Positions 26,595-34,070 of a stretch of 64,000 nt of DNA are shown here, piece after piece. Position 1 is the stretch's first letter, and every line of letters starts with the position of its first letter. The DNA comes from Patescibacteria group bacterium (GTDB lineage: Bacteria; Patescibacteriota; Patescibacteriia; UBA9934; GWF2-40-263): contig JBBTRQ010000011.1 in assembly GCA_038065075.1 (NCBI GenBank), forward strand, positions 5,924-69,923. Reading direction: 5' to 3'. The notes beneath the pieces were generated by a model. It was not told the DNA's origin, did no database searches, and saw only the letters and a list, made by a program, of their open reading frames with translations. Position numbers and translations under genes: made by a program.

Positions 26595-28286
26595 ATGCTT
26601 AAGAAACTACTTATCTTGGCCGTTGCGGTTGCCATAGGTGTGAGTCCTCTGCTTCCCCGTGTCTTTGCTGACTCGGGATCTTGGACAAACACCGTTGCCA
26701 GCGCGGCTTGGGACTACGATTTTTACCGCGTTGAGCGCCTGGCGCTTGATGAGGTTTCGGGTCCTTATGACTTTAACGACGCCGTCTTCGTAACCTCCAC
26801 GTCAGGATTGGAGACCGTTGACATGACCATCTTCCAGGATGGAGAAGCCTTCGAGATTGAAGGTGTCGACGAGCGCGTCAGCTCTGCCTTCTGGCACACC
26901 GCGCAGGACGGCCGTTTCATCTACCTCGTCCCGTCTGACGACGGTGAGATTTGGGGCACGGTTTACGAGTATGACTCCACGACCGGAACCTCCACCGTGC
27001 TCACGCAGATTGAACAGACACCAGACGATCTTGATTTCATGACGTTCGCCACCGATGGCGACCGCGTCTACTTTGGTACCATCCACTCGGATGAGGATAC
27101 CGGAAAGATCGAGTCCGAACTCTCTGTCCACGATTACGACTCCACCTATGGCCGCGATGACTTTTCTTATACGCTCACCGCGCCTTGGCAGGAGATCGTC
27201 GATGTCCAAGATGGACTTGCACTCGTGAAGTTCCAGTTCTCCGGTGGCTTTGAACAGCTCTGGCTTATCGACCAGACGGCCCGTTCTATGGAAGCCATTC
27301 CAGACACCTGGACGGAAGATCCGGGCGAGATTGTCGGCGCGCATTTTGTGAGCGATGGATCAGTCCGCTACTTCCGCAACTTCCGACTCTTTAGCTACAA
27401 CCCAGAAACCGACACAACCCCGACAGACGCCGGTGGCGCGTATCTCTCCTGGTTTGATGAGGTTGGCGATGCCGTGCAGATTGTCGGCGACCGCATGGCC
27501 TATATCGACGATGAGGACGGCCTCTACGTGTCTAGCGTCGACGGCGTGAGCAAGTTCGGTGTTGCAAAAAATGGTTTGTTCAACCTCGACGAGGATGCGA
27601 TCTACTTCCAAAATCTCGACGGCGAGTATGTGGGTTATCATTTCTCGACCCGAGAATGGGAGACACTCAGCTTCCTCGTGACCGATACGTATGAGGATAT
27701 CCGTGTCGGGATAGACACAGACGACAACGTCTGGTACCAGAACCTCACGACCGGACACCTCTTGAACGTCGGTTTCGGTAATGAGCCCGTGGTCCTCTCC
27801 GACCGTGAACATGCCTATTGGCAGGGCGCGGACGGCAACATCTATGAGGTGACGTTCTCGCCTTTGCTCGATCTCGCTCGCGAGGATGTGGAAGCGTTTA
27901 GCTCCTACACCTCCGACGGGATCTACCTCGTGGCGGACGGCAACATGTGGCTCATCCCTGACCCGACCGTCTACTTCACTTGGTTTGATTCATGGGATGA
28001 TACCCTTGAGGTCAGCCAGGCGACGATCAATGTCTATCTTGAGACGTACGAGTACAAGGGCGATCTCAAACTCGCCGCGGGAACGCGCGTGAAGTCTGAT
28101 GTGTCCAACAAGGTCTATGTCGTGGGCTCTGACGAGAAGCTTCACTGGATCACCACAGAGACGGTCGCCGATGAGGTCTACGGCTCCGATTGGAACCAAG
28201 GGATCATCGAAGTGACCAGCACCTACCTCTGGAAATACGCCACCGGTTCGAGCATCGCTTCGACCGACGACGTCCGAAGTATCTAA
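26595..28286 (+). CDS. Secreted hypothetical protein (paralog B of the 9583..11238 product)
   Basis: Signal peptide MLKKLLILAVAVAIGVSPLLPRVFA. Shares C-terminal motifs with paralog A. Confidence 0.6.
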   Translation: MLKKLLILAVAVAIGVSPLLPRVFADSGSWTNTVASAAWDYDFYRVERLALDEVSGPYDFNDAVFVTSTSGLETVDMTIFQDGEAFEIEGVDERVSSAFWHTAQDGRFIYLVPSDDGEIWGTVYEYDSTTGTSTVLTQIEQTPDDLDFMTFATDGDRVYFGTIHSDEDTGKIESELSVHDYDSTYGRDDFSYTLTAPWQEIVDVQDGLALVKFQFSGGFEQLWLIDQTARSMEAIPDTWTEDPGEIVGAHFVSDGSVRYFRNFRLFSYNPETDTTPTDAGGAYLSWFDEVGDAVQIVGDRMAYIDDEDGLYVSSVDGVSKFGVAKNGLFNLDEDAIYFQNLDGEYVGYHFSTREWETLSFLVTDTYEDIRVGIDTDDNVWYQNLTTGHLLNVGFGNEPVVLSDREHAYWQGADGNIYEVTFSPLLDLAREDVEAFSSYTSDGIYLVADGNMWLIPDPTVYFTWFDSWDDTLEVSQATINVYLETYEYKGDLKLAAGTRVKSDVSNKVYVVGSDEKLHWITTETVADEVYGSDWNQGIIEVTSTYLWKYATGSSIASTDDVRSI

Positions 28287-28299
28287 AATAATCCTCGTC

Positions 28300-28375
28300 A
28301 TTGCGAGGGAGGCACCAGCCGACCGAAGCAATCCTGCAAAGATTGCTTCGTCGCTTCGCTCCTCGCAATGACGAG
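28300..28375. other. ~75-nt extended near-perfect hairpin (nested 15-bp + 13-bp stems) between convergent genes; bidirectional terminator or MITE-like element
   Basis: CTCGTCATTGCGAGG...CGACCGAAGCAATC-ctgcaaa-GATTGCTTCGTCG...CCTCGCAATGACGAG. Confidence 0.45.
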
Positions 28376-28450
28376 TGTCAAACACAGCCTCTGGAGCCCG
28401 TGTAAGCGGGCTTTAGGGATCCGTGTTGGAGCCATCTACTCCAGAAATCA

Positions 28451-28482
28451 CAAAACCGGCCTTGAGAGCCGGTGTTGTTTTT
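28451..28482 (-). terminator. Terminator of rplS (bidirectional hairpin CCGGC-cttgaga-GCCGG with flanking A/T runs)
   Basis: On the minus strand the stem is followed by TTTTGTGATTT; on the plus strand by TGTTGTTTTTTT. Confidence 0.5.
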
Positions 28483-28917
28483 TTACTTCTTTTTCTTTTC
28501 CATTCCCAGTTCCGTGTAGGTCTCTTTGAGCTTGCGCTTGAAGCCGAGCTTGAGATCCTTGAGGAAGCCGAGTTTGGCTTGGCGGACCTTGGCCGTCTTC
28601 ACCAGTTCGATCTTGGCAATGACCGGCGAGTTAATCGGGTAGATCTTCTCGACACCGACTCCATCGCTCACTTTGTGGATGGTGATCGTGCGGGAGATGC
28701 CCTTGCCACCCAAGGCGAGGATCATGCCCTCAAACACCTGGATGCGCTCGCGCTCTTCGCCTTTTGGTGAGACGTCCTTGATGCGCTCGTGGAGTCGCAC
28801 GGTCTGGCCGGCCTGGAGTTCCTTCATGCCGATGAGCTTGGAGGGAGTCTCTTTGACTGCAACGGTTGTGGTCTCTTCGACCGGAGCCTCCTGGGGTTGT
28901 ACCTGTTCTTCTGACAT
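28483..28917 (-). CDS. rplS: 50S ribosomal protein L19
   Basis: GMILALGGKGISRTITIHKVSDGVGVEKIYPINSPVIAKIELV is the L19 core, with an N-terminal extension and a Lys-rich tail. Confidence 0.9.
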   Translation of the reverse strand: MSEEQVQPQEAPVEETTTVAVKETPSKLIGMKELQAGQTVRLHERIKDVSPKGEERERIQVFEGMILALGGKGISRTITIHKVSDGVGVEKIYPINSPVIAKIELVKTAKVRQAKLGFLKDLKLGFKRKLKETYTELGMEKKKK

Positions 28918-28924
28918 AGTTGTT

Positions 28925-29030
28925 GTTTACGTCACCGTCTAGCGGACCACATCGTGCGATGGTAGCCCCGGGCTTCAGCCCGGGTGCAGCCCAGGCTAAA
29001 GCCTGGGTCTACCGCTACTCATTCGTCAGA
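28925..29030 (-). promoter_or_regulatory. Structured 5' leader of rplS with tandem GC hairpins (candidate r-protein autoregulatory leader / attenuator)
   Basis: CCCGGGC-ttca-GCCCGGG (28967-84) and CCCAGGCT-aa-AGCCTGGG (28990-29007). Flanking UAGCGG...CCGCUA long-range complementarity. Confidence 0.35.
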
Positions 29031-29089
29031 TCAGTGTTCGTGGATCGGCTGATAATGTGGCGAAATAATAGCGGCTGAAGCTTTTTTCG

Positions 29090-29644
29090 TCAAGCGTCCA
29101 TGAGGGTTTCTATCTTTGCGACGGCTTCCTCAAGTTTGTCTTGACGGTTCACGATGCGGTGGTCGGCGGAAGCGGCGAAGGTCATCTCTCGTTCGATCGC
29201 GGCTTTGCGCTCCTCGAGTCCGGCGGTTGTGTCCTTGTCCCGCTTGGCGATTCGACTCAGGAGTTCATCTACGTTTTCTGCTTCGATGAACAAGAGGACG
29301 GCATGAGGGTTGGTTTGCTTGATCGTCTTGGCGCCTGCGACGTCGACGACAAACAGGACGTCGTACCCTGCCTCCATGAGCGCTGTCACGTCCGATCGCC
29401 GACTGCCGTAGAGGTTGTCATAGTGCTCGTCCCACTCAAACATGGAGCCCTCGTCGATGAGTTTCTGGAACGTCTCCCGCGACAGGAAGTGATAGGACAT
29501 GCTGTCCGTCTCTCCCTCGCGGATAGGTCGCGTCGTGCAGGTGACGACTTTTTTGAGAGTGGATCGGCGTTTGAGGAGTTCCATCGCGACAGTCGTTTTC
29601 CCAACGCCACTGGGGCCGGTGATGATGTAGAGGTTTCCTCGCAT
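29090..29644 (-). CDS. gmk: Guanylate kinase
   Basis: MRGNLYIITGPSGVGKTT (P-loop), YHFLSRETFQKLIDEGSMFEWDEHYDNLYG. Confidence 0.9.
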   Translation of the reverse strand: MRGNLYIITGPSGVGKTTVAMELLKRRSTLKKVVTCTTRPIREGETDSMSYHFLSRETFQKLIDEGSMFEWDEHYDNLYGSRRSDVTALMEAGYDVLFVVDVAGAKTIKQTNPHAVLLFIEAENVDELLSRIAKRDKDTTAGLEERKAAIEREMTFAASADHRIVNRQDKLEEAVAKIETLMDA

Positions 29645-29649
29645 AGGTT

Positions 29650-30594
29650 CTAGCCCCGTTTAAGTTTTCCCAGGATCTCTTCAAGCTCATCCGGAAGTGG
29701 CGCTACAAAACTTTTTTCTTTTCCGTCCATCAGACGAATCGTCAGTCTATGCGAGTGGAGGAACAGGCGGCCGAGCGGAATCTCTCGGAATTTCATGCCG
29801 TGGACTTTGTAGAGCTTGTCGCCCACGATCGGATAACCCAGCGCCTGGAAGTGCACGCGGATTTGGTGCGTGCGGCCAGTGAGGATTTTGACATTCACAT
29901 AGGTCGTGATCGAGAAGCGCTCAAGGACATCATACTGGGTGATGGCGTCTTTGCCTTCCTGGTCGCCGGTGCGCGCGACCATGCGACCTTTCATTTTAGA
30001 ACGCGCGATCTTGAGCGAGATGGTGTCGGTCTCTTTGGGGAGCGTGCCGTAGACCAGCGCGAGGTATTCTTTCTTGGTCGTGCGATTTTGGAACTGGAGC
30101 TTGAGCGCGTCGAAGGCTGGCTGGGTTTTGGCGACCACCATGAGTCCCGAAACATCTTTGTCGAGGCGATGCACAATGCCGGGACGGGTGGGATCATCAC
30201 CAACATCTGCGATTTCTGGATGCCGTTCTAACAGGCCGTCCACGACGGTGACGCGATGTTCATCTTTGAGAGCTTCGTGGACGAGAAGTCCCGCGGGTTT
30301 GTTGATGACCAGCAGATCGTCGTCTTCATAGACAACGTCCAGGATCGGTGTGACACCGTCTTTTACCGGGACGGTGAGTTCGACCTCTGGGTAGAAAATC
30401 GTATCCCCGGTGGAGAGCATTTCACCGGTTTTGACGCTCTTTCCGTTGAGCGTAATGCCCCCTTGCTTGATGAGTCGCTGGATCTGCGAGCGGGAGGCCT
30501 CCATGGCGTCGGTCAGGTATTTGTCGAGTCGTTCGCCTTTGTGGTTGGCAGGAATTTCAATCGTTGGCATAGATGTTGGGATTATAGCAATCAC
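29650..30594 (-). CDS. RluA-family 23S rRNA pseudouridine synthase (RluD-like, S4 domain + catalytic domain)
   Basis: S4-like N-terminus (ERLDKYL...), catalytic HRLDKDVSGLMVVAKT, 314 aa. Confidence 0.85.
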   Translation of the reverse strand: MIAIIPTSMPTIEIPANHKGERLDKYLTDAMEASRSQIQRLIKQGGITLNGKSVKTGEMLSTGDTIFYPEVELTVPVKDGVTPILDVVYEDDDLLVINKPAGLLVHEALKDEHRVTVVDGLLERHPEIADVGDDPTRPGIVHRLDKDVSGLMVVAKTQPAFDALKLQFQNRTTKKEYLALVYGTLPKETDTISLKIARSKMKGRMVARTGDQEGKDAITQYDVLERFSITTYVNVKILTGRTHQIRVHFQALGYPIVGDKLYKVHGMKFREIPLGRLFLHSHRLTIRLMDGKEKSFVAPLPDELEEILGKLKRG

Positions 30595-30643
30595 GCGCAG
30601 GATTGACAGCCTTGGGTGGTATACTAGTGTAAACCAACAATAT

Positions 30644-30720
30644 AGGGGCGTAGCTCAGTTGGTTAGAGCTCCGAGCTTATACCTCTGTGGTCGATGGTTC
30701 GACTCCATCCGCCCCTACCA
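30644..30720 (+). tRNA. tRNA with anticodon UAU (putative tRNA-Ile reading AUA); CCA encoded
   Basis: AGGGGCG-TA-GCTC-AGTTGGTTA-GAGC-T-CCGAG-CTTATAC-CTCTG-TGGTC-GATGG-TTCGACT-CCATC-CGCCCCT-A-CCA. There is one C.U mismatch in the anticodon stem, so identity should be confirmed with tRNAscan-SE. Confidence 0.6.
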
Positions 30721-30728
30721 AAACACCT

Positions 30729-30899
30729 ATGCCTTTTCTTATTCTTGGAGTCATCATGCTCATCATCGGTATCATCTTCCTGCGTCGGGCCATCAGAGGT
30801 CAGGACAAGGAAGGAGTGATTGGCGTTATGGCGCTCATCATCGCTTCGGTTATCATGATTCTGTTTTTCGGGCTCTTCTACACCTTGACCATTTTTTAG
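30729..30899 (+). CDS. Small 2-TM membrane protein (56 aa)
   Basis: MPFLILGVIMLIIGIIFLRRAIRGQDKEGVIGVMALIIASVIMILFFGLFYTLTIF. The track ORF 30687 (GTG) overlaps the tRNA, so the first ATG is used. Confidence 0.4.
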   Translation: MPFLILGVIMLIIGIIFLRRAIRGQDKEGVIGVMALIIASVIMILFFGLFYTLTIF

Positions 30900-30900
30900 T

Positions 30901-31353
30901 ATGGATGCCGAACTCACTTCCTTTCTCATCGTGCTTTCGCTTCTCTGGTTTGTGGTCTACTGGGTCTTGGGCGGAGTCTTCTTTGCCGTCGTGACGATGA
31001 TGCGACTTGGCCGTTTGCGCAAGGTTCGCTTCAGTTGTCTATTCTCGATTCTTTCGCTTGTCATCGGGATCGGCGTAGCTTATATCGGAGTCAAAGGTTC
31101 GCAAGAGGCGGTGAGTGATTGTCTGGGAGAGGCCGTGACGAATGCCGAGAAGATGACGGCCGTGCTGGGATGCGGCGCCGCGAGTATCTTCGGGATGTTT
31201 CTCTTGGGCGCGCTTGTCCTCACGATCGGCGGGTTCCTCATCATGGCCGTTTCCAAAAGTAAGAGCCAGCCATGGATCGTCCTGGATCACGAGGAGATGC
31301 AGGATCAGCCACCACAAGACGACATCCCCAAAAGTCAGTTCTTTGAGGGTTGA
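30901..31353 (+). CDS. Hypothetical 4-TM membrane protein
   Basis: 150 aa with four predicted TM helices and an acidic C-terminal tail. Starts 2 nt after the previous gene. Confidence 0.5.
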   Translation: MDAELTSFLIVLSLLWFVVYWVLGGVFFAVVTMMRLGRLRKVRFSCLFSILSLVIGIGVAYIGVKGSQEAVSDCLGEAVTNAEKMTAVLGCGAASIFGMFLLGALVLTIGGFLIMAVSKSKSQPWIVLDHEEMQDQPPQDDIPKSQFFEG

Positions 31354-31410
31354 CGATTCGAACCTTTCCTCGTACACTTTTGCCTGTCTTGAAAAGACAC
31401 AAGTCTAGCC

Positions 31411-31487
31411 GGGCGGTTAGCTCACTTGGTTAGAGCGCTACATTGACATTGTAGAGGTGACTGGTTCGAGTCCAGTACCGCCCACCA
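31411..31487 (+). tRNA. tRNA-Val (anticodon GAC), CCA encoded
   Basis: GGGCGGT-TA-GCTC-ACTTGGTTA-GAGC-G-CTACA-TTGACAT-TGTAG-AGGTG-ACTGG-TTCGAGT-CCAGT-ACCGCCC-A-CCA. Confidence 0.85.
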
Positions 31488-31521
31488 AAAATCCCCCAGT
31501 CTAGCTGGAGGATTTTTGTTT
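31488..31521. terminator. Bidirectional terminator hairpin after tRNA-Val, overlapping the convergent minus-strand gene end
   Basis: AAAATCCCCCAG-tcta-GCTGGAGGATTTT followed by TGTTT. Confidence 0.45.
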
Positions 31522-32880
31522 GAGTTCCTGTTCGAGCCAGTCCAGAGCATCTTCGCGGCGCATGAGCAGTCCATCGAGTTGTCGATCGCGTACCTGGTCG
31601 AGTAAGAGACGGATCTGCGGTCCTGCGAGGACTCCCAGGGCGAGGACATCTTGTCCCGACACCAGGGGAGCGATTGACTCATCGTGATCCACCAACCATC
31701 GGTCTTCCATCTGCTTGCGTCGTATGCGGATGGCTTGTGCCAGCTCCTTTTGACCCAGCAGATCAAGACACCGGACAAACAACAGACCTTTGCCGTTGAA
31801 GAAACAGCGTTCAAACTCGCTGGCACGCATGGCTTGGACTTCTGTTGGACGGAAGTTTTTTTGGAGCAGATCGATGAGCGCGACAATTTGGTCGGCCTCG
31901 GTGCGCCCCGCAGATCCGCGCTCCAGAGTGTCCAGTCCTGTGAAGGAAAGCGCTTGGTGAACGGCCGTCTTGTTGAGGGCGCGCAGAAGCAATGTCAGGA
32001 CGATGGTCAATTCCCCGGGAGTCGCTTGCGCAAGAGGAGTGAGGTACTTGAGATCCGTGTTCAACAGTGCTTGAATATCTGGGAACAATTCGGCGATCGC
32101 GCCGTGGGCCTGAAGTTGTTGGAGACCTCGTGTCGGGTTGCGAGAAAGAGTCTTAGCAAGTTCCACCCCGACGGTCTCTCGAGGCACGATATATTCGAGT
32201 TTTCCGTTCACCTCTTTTTGCGTGTTGATTCTTGGGAGGAGCTCCTTCATGGCAAGGCTTGTCGCTTCGTCTAGGACGAACTCGAGCTCAGAAGCGAAGC
32301 GGATGCCGCGCAGGATGCGTGAGAGATCCTCGGTGAATCGTTGCGTGGGGTTTCCCACCGCGCGGATGAGTTTGCGTTGAAGATCCGCTTGTCCGTTGAA
32401 CGGGTCGATGAGCGTTCGCGTGCGGACGTCAAAGGCCATGGCATTGATCGTGAAGTCCCTTCGTGCGAGATCGTCCTCAATAGACAGGTTGGGATCTGAT
32501 TGGACGTCAAAATCTTTGTAGCCTCCGAGGCTTCCGTCCGCTACGGCCTCGGTGCGTGGAAGCGCGATGTCGATGAACGCCATGTCACGGGTCGAGAAGC
32601 CCTTCGGCATGAATTTGTAGACGCCGAAATGTTGACCGACGAGGTTGAGCTCGCCGCGCTCACCCAGCCACGCTTCCAGGTTCGTTTGATCTAAACCCTG
32701 TACGACGAAGTCAAAGTCGAATTCTCGAATGCGACGATTCAGCAAAAGATCCCGCACGGCTCCGCCGACGAGGAACAAATTGGCCTTTGGAAATGCAAAA
32801 AGAAAATCATGAACAAACGAAAGACCTGGTTGCGATGTGAGTGTTTGAGTGATGTGTTCCTCCTGGAGCATATGACTCAT
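31501..32880 (-). CDS. tRNA nucleotidyltransferase (CCA-adding enzyme) / poly(A) polymerase family protein
   Basis: N-terminal Pol-beta-like NTase motif LFLVGGAVRDLLLNRRIREFDFDFVV, followed by PolyA_pol head and RNA-binding body domains. 459 aa. Confidence 0.8.
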   Translation of the reverse strand: MSHMLQEEHITQTLTSQPGLSFVHDFLFAFPKANLFLVGGAVRDLLLNRRIREFDFDFVVQGLDQTNLEAWLGERGELNLVGQHFGVYKFMPKGFSTRDMAFIDIALPRTEAVADGSLGGYKDFDVQSDPNLSIEDDLARRDFTINAMAFDVRTRTLIDPFNGQADLQRKLIRAVGNPTQRFTEDLSRILRGIRFASELEFVLDEATSLAMKELLPRINTQKEVNGKLEYIVPRETVGVELAKTLSRNPTRGLQQLQAHGAIAELFPDIQALLNTDLKYLTPLAQATPGELTIVLTLLLRALNKTAVHQALSFTGLDTLERGSAGRTEADQIVALIDLLQKNFRPTEVQAMRASEFERCFFNGKGLLFVRCLDLLGQKELAQAIRIRRKQMEDRWLVDHDESIAPLVSGQDVLALGVLAGPQIRLLLDQVRDRQLDGLLMRREDALDWLEQELKQKSSS

Positions 32881-32901
32881 TGTAACAGAAACGATCAGGA
32901 C

Positions 32902-32915
32902 GGGGCTAAAGCCCC
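32902..32915. repeat. Second copy (inverted) of the 25-nt GGGGCTTTAGCCCC-containing repeat; terminator-like hairpin after the GT4 gene
   Basis: The reverse complement of ~32893-32917 is TTTCATAGGGGCTTTAGCCCCGTCC, identical to 6581-6605. Confidence 0.6.
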
Positions 32916-32925
32916 TATGAAAAAT

Positions 32926-34068
32926 TTATTTCACAGCCGCTTTAGCGGCGTTCCGATAGACGTCAAACGTTTTCTCGCACATAGACTCAAAGGAAAAGTT
33001 CGACTCGACGCTGTGACGGGCTTGGAGGCCCATGGAGGTTCGGGTGTGCTCCTCGCCAATGAGTCGTGAGAGCGCGTTGACGAGTTGATCGAGATCGTCG
33101 ACCAAGATACCGCCGCCGTGCTCAAGCGCTTCGGGGATCCCACCCACACGCGAGGCAATGACGGGGATACCGGCGCTCATGGCCTCGAGGATCGAGTAGG
33201 GGAATCCTTCCCAATGTGAGAGTAAAACAAAGATGTCGGCCTGGGTACGGAGTTGCTTGAGCACTTCCTCACGGGGAAGCGCGCCCAGGAGCGTGATGTT
33301 GTCCTCAAGTTGTTGCTCGCGAATTTGTTCCTCGAGCCGTTTGAGATCAGGGCCCTCGCCGATGATCACGACGCGCACACGATCTCGGAGCTCGCGAGGG
33401 AGTCGGGCGATGGCCTCAATGAGCAGGAACGGATTTTTCGGAGGTGCGAGTCTCCCAACGAAATAGATTTGTACGCATGTCCTCATCCCACTCTTATCTG
33501 TGTCATCCCGAGCGAGGCCAACGGCCGAGTCGAGGGATCTCGAAGTTTCAATCCCATTGTATATCTGTACGAGCTTTTCCACCGGAGCGATGCGATTCGC
33601 GCGAGCCAGCTTCAAGTCATTCTGCGAAACACAAATAATGCGTTTCGAGAACCTCCCGGCGGTGCGCTCGAGGAATGGCACCAGAAGTCGTCGCAGGCGC
33701 GGCGCTCCTTGGGTAAATCCCCAGCCATGCGCGGTGAAAATCGTTGGAATGCGACCGCGCAGACGGAGTCGTCCAACGAGACCTGCCATGGTGCTGTGGC
33801 AGGCGACGAGGTCTGGCTTGAATTCATCGACCGCCTCGAGGAAACGCCGGCTCGCACGCCACAGACGCAAGGGACTCGCGGTGTTGCCGAGCTCGTCATT
33901 GGAAAAGAATTGTCCGCCGAGTCGAGCGGTCTCTCCCTCAAGCCAACCGCCAGGCATGCTCATAACCGCAACCTCATGGCCGTGCAGGACGAGCCAACGG
34001 GTAAGTTGTGCGACATGCGTTTGTGCCCCGCCTTGCTCTGACTTTGTGATGAAGAAGAATACGCGCAT
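32926..34068 (-). CDS. Glycosyltransferase family 4 (GT-B)
   Basis: C-terminal EGFPYSILEAMSAGIPVIASRVGGIPE (GT4 E-x7-E region). N-terminal Glyco_trans_4-like. Confidence 0.8.
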   Translation of the reverse strand: MRVFFFITKSEQGGAQTHVAQLTRWLVLHGHEVAVMSMPGGWLEGETARLGGQFFSNDELGNTASPLRLWRASRRFLEAVDEFKPDLVACHSTMAGLVGRLRLRGRIPTIFTAHGWGFTQGAPRLRRLLVPFLERTAGRFSKRIICVSQNDLKLARANRIAPVEKLVQIYNGIETSRSLDSAVGLARDDTDKSGMRTCVQIYFVGRLAPPKNPFLLIEAIARLPRELRDRVRVVIIGEGPDLKRLEEQIREQQLEDNITLLGALPREEVLKQLRTQADIFVLLSHWEGFPYSILEAMSAGIPVIASRVGGIPEALEHGGGILVDDLDQLVNALSRLIGEEHTRTSMGLQARHSVESNFSFESMCEKTFDVYRNAAKAAVK

Positions 34069-34070
34069 AC

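Noticed and set aside
28287-28482. The structured 28.3-28.5 kb spacer as an SRP RNA, RNase P RNA or tmRNA
   Set aside because: No SRP domain-IV motifs, no RNase P P4 (AGTCCGGGC) consensus, and no tRNA-like 3' end or tag ORF. Better explained as nested hairpin/terminator elements.
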